Below are positions 1 through 11,051 of a stretch of DNA of 64,000 bases, piece by piece. Below the pieces are notes generated by a model. The model ran no database searches and was not told where the DNA came from. It saw nothing but the letters and a program-made list of their open reading frames with translations. Within the stretch, counting starts at the first letter, position 1. Each line of letters begins with the position of its first letter. This stretch comes from Promethearchaeota archaeon. Lineage in GTDB: Archaea > Asgardarchaeota > Lokiarchaeia > Sigyniarchaeales > SOKP01. Where the stretch lies: contig JAHPZA010000010.1 in NCBI GenBank assembly GCA_019058445.1, positions 352,001 through 416,000 on the forward strand, written 5' to 3'. Both the position numbers and the translations under genes were made by a program.

Positions 1-912
1 CTCAACAAATACATCATCAAGCGTGAGTTCAATTTCTTGTACTCTTTGGACAGGATATTTTCCTAAACAAGTTAAAAATGTAGGATAATATTTATAATCT
101 GAAATTGAGACCACAAATCCATTCTTACTTTTTGAAATATTCTTAATATAATTTAAACTTCGTAATTCATTTTCCAATTCAAGTTTTTTAGCTCTATCGA
201 AGATATTGAAACGGATCTTTATAAATTCAGACAATAATTTTATATAGTTATCATGTGTGTCAACTTTTATTACATTTCCTTTATTCAGAAAGGCAATTCG
301 TTCACATAACTGTTGTACTACATGCATTTGATGAGAAGTCAATAAAATAGTTTTATTTAGATCTAGAAGAATTTTAATAAGTTCTCTTGTTGTTTTTGGA
401 TCTAATCCTAATAGAGGTTCATCTAAAAATAGAAGATCTGCATCAATTAATAATACCCTCGAAAGAGCAATCCTTAACTTTTGACCTCTTGAGAAATTTG
501 AAACATAATCGCCTAGCTTATTATAAATTCCTAAATTTGTAGTTATATCTTTGATTTTTTGTTTGGCATTTTTTATTCGGTAAATTCTTGCGAAAAATTT
601 TAAATTATCTAATCCAGTCATACGATAGTATATCATTTCATCTCCTAACATCAAACCAATTTTACGTTTAATCCTTTTAGCATTTTTTTGAAGATCTAAT
701 CCAAAGATTTTAGCGCTCCCACTTGTAGGTTGTAAAAGGGTTGACAATATCGATACCAATGTAGTTTTACCAGCGCCATTAGGACCAAGCAACCCAAAAA
801 TTTCTCCCTCATTAATAGAAATATTTATTTTATTTAAAGCTAAAATTCTTTCTCCATTTTTCAACCTATATTCTTTAGTTAAATCAAAAGTTTCAATTAT
901 TTTTTCACTCAT
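1..912 (-). CDS. ABC transporter ATP-binding subunit (ABC-2/DrrA type), 3' end runs off the window
   Basis: Not in the ORF track. Manual translation from ATG at 912 gives MSEKIIETFDLTKEYRLKNGERILALNKINISINEGEIFGLLGPNGAGKTT (Walker A), FSRGQK signature, LFLDEP (Walker B) and ...ELTLDDVFVE at the window edge. Confidence 0.93.
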   Translation of the reverse strand, partial: MSEKIIETFDLTKEYRLKNGERILALNKINISINEGEIFGLLGPNGAGKTTLVSILSTLLQPTSGSAKIFGLDLQKNAKRIKRKIGLMLGDEMIYYRMTGLDNLKFFARIYRIKNAKQKIKDITTNLGIYNKLGDYVSNFSRGQKLRIALSRVLLIDADLLFLDEPLLGLDPKTTRELIKILLDLNKTILLTSHQMHVVQQLCERIAFLNKGNVIKVDTHDNYIKLLSEFIKIRFNIFDRAKKLELENELRSLNYIKNISKSKNGFVVSISDYKYYPTFLTCLGKYPVQRVQEIELTLDDVFVE

Positions 913-915
913 CCT

Positions 916-1749
916 TTAATAACCTGAAGAACCGTATTTACTATAAATTCTATAAAATAAATAGGAAGCTACAATTGGGGCAATAATTGTAAAAATGATT
1001 ACTATTATAATGTGATATATTGTAATGTAACTCAATGCTTCCTCATAATTTACACCAGCCCACCATGAAAGTCTTAGGAGATCAAAATAATAATATAATG
1101 GATTTATTCTAATGATAAAATGAATTTCTTTAGGAAATATCTCTATTGGATAAAAAACACAACTCACAAGTGAAATAAAGCTTATCCCTACTGCTAAAGA
1201 AGCAGATATATCCTCATTTACAATTTCAAATAAACCGAGGATAAATCCCATACTGGCAAATGTTAATGAAATACAAAATAAAATGATTAAAACTAGAAAT
1301 AAATTTATGAGAGGTATTGGATACAAGATAAAACATAATGCAATAATAAAAAGTAATGGAAAACTTTTTGAGATTAACCCAGATAATAAATATCCAACAA
1401 GAATATTGAATTTAGGAACTGGAGCAACAAATATAGCATTCAGTGTTTTCCATGTTTTTTCATCATAAAAAAGATCCTTATATGTCCAGAATAAAAAAAC
1501 TAAACATGAAATACAATAACCAAGTAATAAAAATAAGATATAATTTTTTGCTGAATAATAATTACTAAAAATATTTTCATTTATACTAAATAATGTTCTA
1601 AAAATTATATAAGGAAAAAATATAGATAATAATGGAGCAACAAATTCAACAACAAATTCTAATTTATATCTTGTATGTAATTTAATGTCCTTTACTGCTA
1701 AAGAATAAATTTGAATGAGATTTACTTTTAAATTTTCTCTTTTAAGCAT
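916..1749 (-). CDS. ABC-2 type permease
   Basis: Six hydrophobic segments, FYPIEIFP..I..INPLYY motif typical of ABC-2 permeases; directly upstream of the ATPase. Confidence 0.9.
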   Translation of the reverse strand: MLKRENLKVNLIQIYSLAVKDIKLHTRYKLEFVVEFVAPLLSIFFPYIIFRTLFSINENIFSNYYSAKNYILFLLLGYCISCLVFLFWTYKDLFYDEKTWKTLNAIFVAPVPKFNILVGYLLSGLISKSFPLLFIIALCFILYPIPLINLFLVLIILFCISLTFASMGFILGLFEIVNEDISASLAVGISFISLVSCVFYPIEIFPKEIHFIIRINPLYYYFDLLRLSWWAGVNYEEALSYITIYHIIIVIIFTIIAPIVASYLFYRIYSKYGSSGY

Positions 1750-1896
1750 ACTAATTGTTGTTAATCTTTTAGCGAAAATTAATTTTTCTATAGAATAGAA
1801 TCTTATATTATTGAATTAATTTTCTAATTTCTCAAAATTTTTTTTAGAGCTTAATTTTAAGCGCATTTTTTTAATTTAATGAGACTAGTTTATTGA

Positions 1897-3063
1897 TTAT
1901 TTAGGAGTTATAATTTCAATAAAATGTTCACAGAATTTAGTCCTTCCTTCTCTTGTCCATAGCTTTTTATAAGATTCTTGTCCATTTTTGGCTACTTCTA
2001 AAAGTAATTTGGAGTCAGCTAATATTTCTGGAAAAATATCTACCCAATCTTCTAATTTCCACGGAATAGATATATAAGTTTCATTTTTTTTATAGAGATT
2101 AGGCCAAGTTTCTAAATGATCCATATCTGGTTTTATTAAAGCTGCACCAGCTATATATGACTCAAAATCACGATAACAAATTTCCCCCCATCCATATGGA
2201 CTAACCACAGTCTTTGATGTTCTCATAGTTCTTAAATAATTCTTTTTAGGTATTTTACCTAAAGAAAAATTTTTATTTGAATTATATCTCTCTTTAAGAG
2301 TTTTTAATAACTGATTACGCTGAAAATATATTAAGCCATATGATGATTTAATTGTATAATTTGCTGCTAAAATGGTTTTACGATTGATGTTTGGTTTATA
2401 ATATTTTAAATTAACATTCCTAGAAAATCCATACAATATTCTTGTTAATAAATTTGAATATCGGTAATCTTTAAAAGCAAAATTCCATGATAAATCAATT
2501 TTATTCTTAAAAATAGAAATAGATTCAAAACCTTTTTTGGATTCTAAATTTGCATCAAGACTATAATTTCTTGCATAATAATCTGTAAATAATCTTTTTC
2601 CATAGAGAGGTTTTTTATATATCTCACGATCCTTTAGTAATTGCTTCTTGAAGTATTTATCAACATACGGGATTATATCATAGTGGAAATGTCCTGTACT
2701 GTCTGAATTATCAAAATATAATAAGTAATCAACTTTTTTCCTTAAGTGATCAAGTAATGGAATAATCTCTTTTTTTTGTGTTTCATTTAAATATCCATAC
2801 TTGAAAATTAAATTATTGATTATTCTCGAATCAATCCCCACAGTTTTTGATAATTTTTTATTATGCAGGTTTGTAAAATTAAGAAATCGAATTTTAAGTC
2901 CCATATTTTTAAAGGTTTTCAAATTAAGCCATACTGGAAACCAATTTCCAGACCAAAAAGGAAAAGGAATATGTTGAAATTTTTGAAATTTTTGAAATTT
3001 CTGAAGTTTCGGATATTTTTGGTAACTAATAAGAGAGGGAATTATTAAATCAATTTTAAACAT
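1897..3063 (-). CDS. Putative GT-B glycosyltransferase (exostosin/GT47- or CgeB-like C-terminal domain)
   Basis: SKTVVSPYGWGEICYRDFESYIAGAALIKP resembles the GT47/Glyco_trans_1_2 nucleotide-sugar-binding segment; lies in a glycan locus. Confidence 0.65.
   Translation of the reverse strand: MFKIDLIIPSLISYQKYPKLQKFQKFQKFQHIPFPFWSGNWFPVWLNLKTFKNMGLKIRFLNFTNLHNKKLSKTVGIDSRIINNLIFKYGYLNETQKKEIIPLLDHLRKKVDYLLYFDNSDSTGHFHYDIIPYVDKYFKKQLLKDREIYKKPLYGKRLFTDYYARNYSLDANLESKKGFESISIFKNKIDLSWNFAFKDYRYSNLLTRILYGFSRNVNLKYYKPNINRKTILAANYTIKSSYGLIYFQRNQLLKTLKERYNSNKNFSLGKIPKKNYLRTMRTSKTVVSPYGWGEICYRDFESYIAGAALIKPDMDHLETWPNLYKKNETYISIPWKLEDWVDIFPEILADSKLLLEVAKNGQESYKKLWTREGRTKFCEHFIEIITPK
2974..3009. repeat. 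9-bp tandem repeat (TTGAAATTT x3 plus one degenerate copy) encoding QKF repeats
   Basis: ttgaaattt ttgaaattt ttgaaattt ctgaagttt, in frame within the 1897..3063 gene (KLQKFQKFQKFQ). Confidence 0.9.
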
Positions 3064-3246
3064 ATAAAATAACTAATTTCAGAAATAAATTTTTTTAATT
3101 TTTATTTTGTCACTTAAAATCAAACAAGCATGTTATTAAAATATTCTTTTTCAAGTTTCTTTATAAGAGTTTTAAACTATCATAATTTTTGTTTATAATT
3201 TCCATTAAAAAACCTTTAAAGTTTAATATCATTAGTATTTTTTAGA

Positions 3247-4086
3247 ATGAATTGGACTAAGATTTTACGGTTTGTTAAGGATTATTTATTTCAACTACAG
3301 GCATTAATTATCAAAGATCTAAAGCTAAAATCAAGATATAAGGTAAAATTTTTATTCTCTATAGTAGTTCCTTTCACAACATTCATAGTACCATTACTAG
3401 TTTTTAGGACTTTATTTAAAGCAATAGGAAATGAGTCATTTGGTATATGGAATCCGGAAAATTATATAATTTTCATTTTAAGTGGGATGTTTATTGTTAT
3501 ACTGGTACACTTACTACCTACATATGGAAAAAATTTTTTGAGAGAGAAATATTGGAAGACATTACCTATAATATTTATGTCGCCAATTAATGTGTATAAT
3601 TTATTATTAAGTAAATTATTAGCAGAACTAATTATATTTATTATTCCCTTAACTTTTATTTTTATTTTATGCTTTTTAATCACAAACTCATCAATTTTGA
3701 CTATATGTGCAGTAATATTTATTTATTTTTTAGCAGCACTCTTCATCGCTTCGATAGGATTGGCTATTGGTTCTTTTAGAATGTCGATTGAGGGAGGTTT
3801 TACGCTTTTGTTTAATTTAGTTAATCTTTTTTTGATTTTTAGTTGTTATAAATACCCAAGAGAATTTTTTCCAGAAATTTTTGAATATTTAATCGTGTGG
3901 AATCCATTCTATTATTATTGGGATTTAATAAGAGTTATTTTAGTATTTGGATTTGAGAATGTAATTTTCAATTCAAATTATATAATTCATTTTGTTATTA
4001 TTAGTTCATTATCTCTAATTGGGCCTATTTTAAGTGTATATTTTTTTAATTATGTTTATAAAAAATATGGGATTGTAGGATATTAA
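3247..4086 (+). CDS. ABC-2 type permease (paralogue of 916..1749)
   Basis: Multi-TM; shares KD.KL..RYK at the N-terminus, WKTL, NP.YYY.DL.R and the C-terminal KYGxxGY with the other permease. Confidence 0.9.
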   Translation: MNWTKILRFVKDYLFQLQALIIKDLKLKSRYKVKFLFSIVVPFTTFIVPLLVFRTLFKAIGNESFGIWNPENYIIFILSGMFIVILVHLLPTYGKNFLREKYWKTLPIIFMSPINVYNLLLSKLLAELIIFIIPLTFIFILCFLITNSSILTICAVIFIYFLAALFIASIGLAIGSFRMSIEGGFTLLFNLVNLFLIFSCYKYPREFFPEIFEYLIVWNPFYYYWDLIRVILVFGFENVIFNSNYIIHFVIISSLSLIGPILSVYFFNYVYKKYGIVGY

Positions 4087-4139
4087 TAGATTTTATTCAT
4101 TTTTGCTTTAAAGATAGTTAAAGAAGAAAGTATTAAAAA

Positions 4140-6161
4140 ATGTTAACAGCGGGATTCTTTTTATTATCATCTGGAATTTTTTTTATTTTTACAATCTTAA
4201 TTACATTATTCGGTTATTTCATCCAATATCATTTATTTGGAGAATTCAAATCAAAGAAATTCTCATTAACTATTATGCTAGAATCTTTTGGAATTGGAAC
4301 GGGACTATTCATTTTTTATTCATATCTCATAATTGATTTTATCAAAATTTTTAATTTTTATACCGTTTATTTACCTTTAATTGTATTTGATGGTATTAAC
4401 ATGACATATCTCATTTATAAACATAGAAATCTTTTAAGAGAAAGTACAAACAAGTTTTTTACTGCAACAATTCAATTATTTTCTAATAAAAAGGCGAAAA
4501 GACAAATTAGTATACTATTTATTTCATTTCTGCTTTTTTTTTTTGTTCAGGGAGTAATTGAAACACATTTAAGTCTTCCAGCAATGGACCCATATACTTG
4601 GTTTGATATTGTTTTATATTTACATAGATATGGTGATTTGAATTATGATAATTATACAGTTCATGGAGTAGGTTTCGCGATTTTTGCTGCTGGGGCATTA
4701 TTAGTAACAAATGAATTCTATATTCAGTACTTTTTTATAAAATATATTTCCACTTTCTTTTTTTCAATAATAATTTTAACAGTTTACGATTTGGCATCCA
4801 AAATTTTTAATAAAGATTTTGAAATTTTATGTACTTTAATAATTTTATTATGCTTTAACTCTCTTTTATTTAGATTTTCTTTAGCAGTTCCATCCATTAT
4901 CGCCACAACATTAGGGATCATTTTTTTTAACACGCTAACTCAAAATGATAACTTGAGAATTTATATAATCAGAGGAATTCTCTTCGGTGGAATGTTTTTG
5001 ATTCATCCCTTATATTTTCTTTTTACGTTTGGATTTTATATTCTATTTGAGGCTCATCTTTTCATATTAGACATAAAAAGATCTCTTAAAACAAAAGAAT
5101 TTGAATTTAAAAAAAAGAATATTAATTTCTTAAAGAAAGTGGGAATTTTATTAGTAATTACAGGGATTTTTTCAATACCTTATTTCCTTAATCTGTATAT
5201 AAGCGGCAAAAGCCTATACAAAAACTTTACACGTTATTTATTCAGAGGTTATGAAGCAGATATTCATGACACAATATATATACCTGAACTCTTAATCTCT
5301 AGATTATTGATCCTAAGTAAAAATCCTTCAAGAACAGATGTGATATATAATCTAGTTTTTTTTGGATTTGATATTCCTGTTAATAAAACTCTAAATTGGG
5401 GGGTAATATTCCTTATATTAGGATTATTGTATAATTTTAAAGCTAAGAATCAACATATTGATTACTTAATTGAATTTGCGAAATTTACTTTTATAATCAC
5501 GTTTTTACTTTTTATCTTAAATTCTTTTCTTTTTGTAATCAATAATAATACTATATTATCTTTAGCAAGTTTTATAAATCAGTATGGTAAAAGGATTTTT
5601 GAATCATTCTCACCTATATGGGCGCTTCTGTTTGTATTTGGAATTAAAAGAGTTTTTGATTTTATTAAAAACCTCAAAACTAGAAAAATTCAAGGCAATC
5701 AGTTGATAAAGGAAGCCAAAATCGCTAAAACTGAGAAAAAACTTGAGAAAGCATACCTGATCTTTCTTATCGTATTAAGTACCTCGGTTTATGCCAGCCA
5801 TTTATATCTTCAATATAATGTAATATATTCAACTCATTATGAAGATGATTATTTATCAGAAGCCCTCCTTTTTATTGGCGATTACTTTAATGAACAGGAT
5901 ATTGAAGATAAGACAATTTTACTTCCGGATAATTTTGACTCGAAAGTAATTTATCGATTAATATACCATAGGGATTGCGATCGTGAATATTTAGAATTTG
6001 ACAATACAAATCATACTGAATTAATGGATTCGATAGAAGAAAATAATGCAGATTTTGTATTAATATATAAATTGGAAACTAAAGATTCTTGTTTAGAGAA
6101 AATTGATGATGATGAGGATATCTTATATGAGAATCCCCACTTTCTTTTTTACAAGGTTTAA
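4140..6161 (+). CDS. Polytopic membrane protein, GT-C-fold glycosyltransferase-like
   Basis: More than 12 TM segments, first large loop LPAMDPYTWF (DP motif as in GT-C enzymes), acidic soluble C-terminal domain. Confidence 0.55.
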   Translation: MLTAGFFLLSSGIFFIFTILITLFGYFIQYHLFGEFKSKKFSLTIMLESFGIGTGLFIFYSYLIIDFIKIFNFYTVYLPLIVFDGINMTYLIYKHRNLLRESTNKFFTATIQLFSNKKAKRQISILFISFLLFFFVQGVIETHLSLPAMDPYTWFDIVLYLHRYGDLNYDNYTVHGVGFAIFAAGALLVTNEFYIQYFFIKYISTFFFSIIILTVYDLASKIFNKDFEILCTLIILLCFNSLLFRFSLAVPSIIATTLGIIFFNTLTQNDNLRIYIIRGILFGGMFLIHPLYFLFTFGFYILFEAHLFILDIKRSLKTKEFEFKKKNINFLKKVGILLVITGIFSIPYFLNLYISGKSLYKNFTRYLFRGYEADIHDTIYIPELLISRLLILSKNPSRTDVIYNLVFFGFDIPVNKTLNWGVIFLILGLLYNFKAKNQHIDYLIEFAKFTFIITFLLFILNSFLFVINNNTILSLASFINQYGKRIFESFSPIWALLFVFGIKRVFDFIKNLKTRKIQGNQLIKEAKIAKTEKKLEKAYLIFLIVLSTSVYASHLYLQYNVIYSTHYEDDYLSEALLFIGDYFNEQDIEDKTILLPDNFDSKVIYRLIYHRDCDREYLEFDNTNHTELMDSIEENNADFVLIYKLETKDSCLEKIDDDEDILYENPHFLFYKV

Positions 6162-6195
6162 GTCTTTTTAATTATCATGTGAATGGAGATTTATC

Positions 6196-7488
6196 TTGAG
6201 AATTTTGTTTATTGACCAAAATTTTGATGCTAATAACATCGGTGGAGCCTTTAAGAGTAATTTTGCTATAATAAATGAATTTGTAAAGAATCCAGAATTT
6301 AGAGTTTCTGTATTAGCCTCGAGAACGGATTCCCAAATTAGAACTAAGGATTTTTCAGTTAAACCTATCTATCCAATCTTGAAAGCGCCTTTAAAAAAAC
6401 TTAATGATTTGATTAAAAACATTGGAATAAATCAATATATTAGTATAATTTCAATACTTAGAGAAATAAGTCAGTATAAACCCGATTTCATTATTGTACA
6501 AAGAGAGCTTACATTCACAGCAATTCTTGCGGGCTTACTTAAAAAAGTTCCTGTAATTAATATTATTAGAGATGGTATGGGATTTTGTCCAAAAGATATT
6601 GATACAAGAGGATTTAAAAATTGCTCGATAAATTTATCCAAAAAAGAATGTTGGGAGTGCATAAATAAGTGGCGATCGGTAAGAATTCTTTTAAAGGATA
6701 AACCTAAAGGCTCAAATAAAACTATTTTGTCAAGTTTCTATACAGTTTATTACAAATTTCACTATTATTTTACTAAGTTATATTTATATGTAATGAATTA
6801 TGCTTTTGTGAATATTGTAGCTTCGCCGTTAATGAAAAAATTAGTTGAAAAAAGATTAAAACATAAACGAGTTATAATTAGAAAAATAACGCCTATTGAC
6901 AAATCAGATATCAATAAAAGCACCGATAAGATTGATAAAGATGTTATAAATAAAATCGAGAATTCAAAGAATAAAATCCTTTTTGTGCTTCCTAGAAATG
7001 AAGGTGGGAGTAAAGGTTATCCGTTTGTGGAGAAATTAATTAATTTACTGCCGAAAGACTTTCTGTTAATCATAGCCGGAACCATCATTAATGACATAAT
7101 GATTTATGATAATGTTGTTAATATTGGAAAGATACCCACTAACAATCTTTATTATTTATACGAAAAAGCAGATTTAACAATAGTTCCATCAATATATACA
7201 GAAGCATTTGGGCGGATTGTTATTGAAAGTGTCGTAAATAAAACTCCTGTCATTGTGAGCCCCCAAACTGGTGCCAATTTTTTATTCAAAAACAAAAATT
7301 ATGTCAAAATATTGCCTTTAAGAGAAAACCTATGGATTGAAGAAATTAAAAAAGCTTTAAAAACCCCCATCAAGATATCTGATGAAGATGTGACATATTT
7401 TGAAAATATGTTTACACCTAAAGAATGTGCTAATGATCTTATGAATGTGATAAAATCTAAAATATCGTTAAAAGATTATAATGCTTGA
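6196..7488 (+). CDS. Glycosyltransferase family 4
   Basis: MRILFI...GGA N-terminus; YEKADLTIVPSIYTEAFGRIVIES (E-x7-E motif). TTG start after GGAG. Confidence 0.9.
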   Translation: MRILFIDQNFDANNIGGAFKSNFAIINEFVKNPEFRVSVLASRTDSQIRTKDFSVKPIYPILKAPLKKLNDLIKNIGINQYISIISILREISQYKPDFIIVQRELTFTAILAGLLKKVPVINIIRDGMGFCPKDIDTRGFKNCSINLSKKECWECINKWRSVRILLKDKPKGSNKTILSSFYTVYYKFHYYFTKLYLYVMNYAFVNIVASPLMKKLVEKRLKHKRVIIRKITPIDKSDINKSTDKIDKDVINKIENSKNKILFVLPRNEGGSKGYPFVEKLINLLPKDFLLIIAGTIINDIMIYDNVVNIGKIPTNNLYYLYEKADLTIVPSIYTEAFGRIVIESVVNKTPVIVSPQTGANFLFKNKNYVKILPLRENLWIEEIKKALKTPIKISDEDVTYFENMFTPKECANDLMNVIKSKISLKDYNA

Positions 7489-8750
7489 AAATAATCATCA
7501 CAAAAAATAAGTCTATCGGGAATCCATTCAAATAAATTATCAATTGATTCTTCAAGCTTTTGTTTCCAATTATCTCCAAAAATGCCTTGATACCACATTT
7601 TTGCATCAATTTCTACTAGGGTTTTAATTTCTTCATATATTTCAGATAATATATTTAAAATAAATTCTTCAGTCCAAACCTCTTCTCTTAATTGAAACCA
7701 TCGGTTTTTGAGCTCAGTTCTAAATTCTGCATTGTGCAATAATCTATTATATAAATAATTTCTTGACATTATTTCATTGGTAGGATCCTCGCGAGAACTA
7801 TATTTTCTGCTGTAAAACTGTCCAAAACTAGAATCAAAGTCCCATGGGATAAGAATGAATTTATTTGGATATGAATTTCTGACTAAAAAATAGTTTTGAG
7901 ACCAAAAATCTTTATGTAATTGAAAAAAATTAAAAAGATAAAAGTCGATAAGATTTAATTTGTCAAATTTGGAATATATTCCTGAAGTGGAGTTAAAGAA
8001 TTGACTTTCATTAGAATTTCTTATAAATGAAGTTAAATCAATCATAACAGAATCCATAATAAAATATCCCTCATCTTCATTCGGCCAGTCTTGGTCCCAA
8101 TCACCTTGAGAGTAAGCTATAAAATTCATATCATGAGAGCCAGCTTGGAAAATTAAACTAGAATAGATATTATGTTGTGGATCACTTAATTCGAATAATC
8201 TTCTGTCATTTTTCTCAGCAAGCAAGTAAATGCCCTGAAATTTCCCATTTATATATAATATTACATATTCAGAATCAGGTAGCATTGCCGTAGGATTTGT
8301 TTGTTGAAGGCTCCGCCACAGATCAAAAGATAATTTTACTCTCATGTGGGGTAAATCCAAAAACAAAGCAAATAGTTGCCAGTCATCATCCTTTCTCATT
8401 CCTAGTAATGACTTTTGTTGAGATAGTTCAATCCTATATCCCTTTTTTGGCATTTGTGCATTAAATGATCCTCTAATTTTAATTTTAGATTTCATTGGAG
8501 AAACTGATTCGGACTCCTTTTTGCTAATTAACTCAAATGTACAACTTATATAATCCTCGTTATCTAACTCCTCCTCTTCGCAATCAATATTAATTTTAGG
8601 GATTTCTGTTTGATTAATAGGTGAATTCAAGTAATAAGTGAAATAAATAAGAAATGAAAATAGAAAAGCACCAATTATTAAAACTACAAATAATATTCTT
8701 CTATTTCGATTTATTGGAACATTTTTATTTAATTTATTAATCGGTATCAT
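7476..8750 (-). CDS. cotH: CotH kinase family protein, N-terminal membrane anchor
   Basis: KIRGSF..PKKGYRI, LYINGKFQGIYLLAEK, DFWSQNY, IPWDFDSSFG are CotH hallmark motifs. Confidence 0.9.
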   Translation of the reverse strand: MIPINKLNKNVPINRNRRILFVVLIIGAFLFSFLIYFTYYLNSPINQTEIPKINIDCEEEELDNEDYISCTFELISKKESESVSPMKSKIKIRGSFNAQMPKKGYRIELSQQKSLLGMRKDDDWQLFALFLDLPHMRVKLSFDLWRSLQQTNPTAMLPDSEYVILYINGKFQGIYLLAEKNDRRLFELSDPQHNIYSSLIFQAGSHDMNFIAYSQGDWDQDWPNEDEGYFIMDSVMIDLTSFIRNSNESQFFNSTSGIYSKFDKLNLIDFYLFNFFQLHKDFWSQNYFLVRNSYPNKFILIPWDFDSSFGQFYSRKYSSREDPTNEIMSRNYLYNRLLHNAEFRTELKNRWFQLREEVWTEEFILNILSEIYEEIKTLVEIDAKMWYQGIFGDNWKQKLEESIDNLFEWIPDRLIFCDDYFQAL

Positions 8751-8890
8751 GAAAAAAATCTTTCAATTTCTGAGATAATTTTGACAATAAAGATATATAA
8801 ATATTATTCCTAAATTTTATGAATGTTTAATTAGAAAATATTGATTATATGGAGTGTATGTGATAATTCTTAAATTTTTTCAAACTTTTC

Positions 8891-10249
8891 TTGAATAATA
8901 TGACTGATATTAGAAGTAGTCCTTTTGGTTCAAAAATCTATTATTATTTTCGAAATTTTAATCAGATATCGGATGATTTGATTCGGTTAATCAAAAATAA
9001 TGGATTTGATGGATTTTCAGCTCAAGGTATCTCTAGTTTTTTTACATTTCGTTTTCCTATAGGCAATTTGACGATGTTTAATGATTACTATAAAATTCCT
9101 TGTGGTTCTGAACTAAAAGAAAATAAAATTAATACATATTGGTGTCCAAAATTTGCTTCCATTAACATTTCTTTTGATGAAGCTCTAATGAGAGTAGAAC
9201 ATTTGCTTTTAACTTCAATTAAAGATTTAATAAGGGGAAAGAAAAAAATTGGATTTGCTATGAGTGGAGGTGTCGATAGTTCCCTCGTGGTAGCATTAGC
9301 TAGAAAATTACTACCTGACGATGAGTTATATACATATTCTGCTGGTTTTTATGGAGAGGATGAATTTGAATATTCTAGATTAGTTGCTGAAAAGCTTAAT
9401 ACTCAACATACAGAGAAAATACTAAATAAAGAGAACTATATTGGTAAGGATTCATTATTAGCACCATTAATTTGCCAAAAAGGAGAACCGCTACATCCAA
9501 ATGAAATCGCTTTGGCCAATATAGAACAATTTGCTAAAAAAGATGGATGTGATATTTTTTTGTGTGGTGAAGGAGCAGATGATATATTTGGAGGATATGG
9601 ACAAAATTTTAAAATGTATATGAATTATGAAAGAGATAAACCTTTTTTTAAATTTTTTTTGGATAATTATCGTTACTTTAGCATTGAAGATAGAAACAGC
9701 TTACTTCATAAAGATTATATCATTGATGACTATAAGATTTTAATGGATACCTTAGATGAATCTGAATTACCTAAAGACATCAAAAATTATGTCCCGTATT
9801 TTACTCAAAAAGTTCATACAATTGGATTAATTACTCGGGGATATAATGCAATGAGTTTTAATGGTTTGACTCCGGGATTTCCTTTCATAAATATGGAACT
9901 TGTTAATTTTGTAAATTCATTACCATTTAAATTTAAAGTAAATTGGAAAGATAAAAAATCAAAAAAAAAAGCCATTGGCTTAAATTTTAGAGATATAAGT
10001 GAAGTTTTTGACATTCCAAAGTATATATTGAAGAAATTAGCTGAAAAATATTTACCTAATAAGGTAATTTATAGACCAAAATATGGTTTTCCCGTACCTT
10101 TCGACTTTTGGTTCGAAGAATTAAAAGAATGGGACTTGAATGAAGAGATTTTTAAATCTAATAACTTAACCAACCTAAATGGTTGGAAAAAATTTATGAT
10201 AATAAATTTAAACACATTCCTGAATGAGTTTATTAAATATAGAAATTAA
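8891..10249 (+). CDS. asnB: Asparagine synthetase-like ATP pyrophosphatase/amide ligase lacking an intact glutaminase domain
   Basis: PP-loop MSGGVDSS, CGEGADDIFGGY, PF, KYILK, RPKYGFPVP; no N-terminal MCGI and only about 80 aa before the synthetase domain. Start may be ATG 8900. Confidence 0.85.
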   Translation: MNNMTDIRSSPFGSKIYYYFRNFNQISDDLIRLIKNNGFDGFSAQGISSFFTFRFPIGNLTMFNDYYKIPCGSELKENKINTYWCPKFASINISFDEALMRVEHLLLTSIKDLIRGKKKIGFAMSGGVDSSLVVALARKLLPDDELYTYSAGFYGEDEFEYSRLVAEKLNTQHTEKILNKENYIGKDSLLAPLICQKGEPLHPNEIALANIEQFAKKDGCDIFLCGEGADDIFGGYGQNFKMYMNYERDKPFFKFFLDNYRYFSIEDRNSLLHKDYIIDDYKILMDTLDESELPKDIKNYVPYFTQKVHTIGLITRGYNAMSFNGLTPGFPFINMELVNFVNSLPFKFKVNWKDKKSKKKAIGLNFRDISEVFDIPKYILKKLAEKYLPNKVIYRPKYGFPVPFDFWFEELKEWDLNEEIFKSNNLTNLNGWKKFMIINLNTFLNEFIKYRN

Positions 10250-10278
10250 TTAATATAAATTAAAAATTACCAATAATA

Positions 10279-11016
10279 ATGAAGATTCTTATATTAGCAG
10301 CAGGGAAAGGAGAAAGATTATACCCATTGACAAAAAATACACCTAAACCTTTAATCGATCTTGGAGACGGAGAAACATTATTGGAGAAGCAATTAAAATC
10401 TTTATCTGAATCAAAAGTTATCGATGAAGTTGTAATTGTGATTGGTTATTTATGCGAACAAGTGGAATCGAAACTAAAGAATTTTAAAACAGATTTGAAG
10501 ATTAGGACACTTTATAATCCATTCTATGATATGTCTAATAATCTAATTACCCTATGGTTGAGTAAGTATGAAATGAACGAAGATTTTCTTATTAGTAACG
10601 GAGATAACTTGTATACATACGATGTGGTTAGGGATCTTGTAAATGAAACTAATGACGGAATTTATGTAACAATTTGTTATCGGGACAATTTAAAAGAAGA
10701 TGATATGAAAGTTCTATTAGATGAAAATAAAAAAATCTTAAAAGTTAGTAAAGAGATCAACGAAAGCAGCATTGAGTCCGTTGGCTTAGTAAAAGTAAAG
10801 GGTCAAAAATATAGAAAAATATATCAAGATGTATTGGAACAATTAGCTCGTAATAAAAAATATTTAAATAAATTTTGGTTAGAAACATTTAACACTTTAG
10901 CAGATAAAGGTGTAGAAATAAATTCTTTTGAAATTGAAAATAACAAATGGCGAGAAGTAGATTTTCACTTTGATTTAAAAGATTTAAAAGAATTGATTAA
11001 AGATTTTAAAATTTAA
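10279..11016 (+). CDS. Phosphocholine/phosphonate-type cytidylyltransferase (LicC-like NTP transferase)
   Basis: ILAAGKGERL.PLT...PKPL, YNPFY..SNNL.TL, NGD, MKV, ESVG, W.EVDF..DL. Confidence 0.8.
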   Translation: MKILILAAGKGERLYPLTKNTPKPLIDLGDGETLLEKQLKSLSESKVIDEVVIVIGYLCEQVESKLKNFKTDLKIRTLYNPFYDMSNNLITLWLSKYEMNEDFLISNGDNLYTYDVVRDLVNETNDGIYVTICYRDNLKEDDMKVLLDENKKILKVSKEINESSIESVGLVKVKGQKYRKIYQDVLEQLARNKKYLNKFWLETFNTLADKGVEINSFEIENNKWREVDFHFDLKDLKELIKDFKI

Positions 11017-11051
11017 TAATATACCTTGGAAATCTATTTCGATTAATAAAA

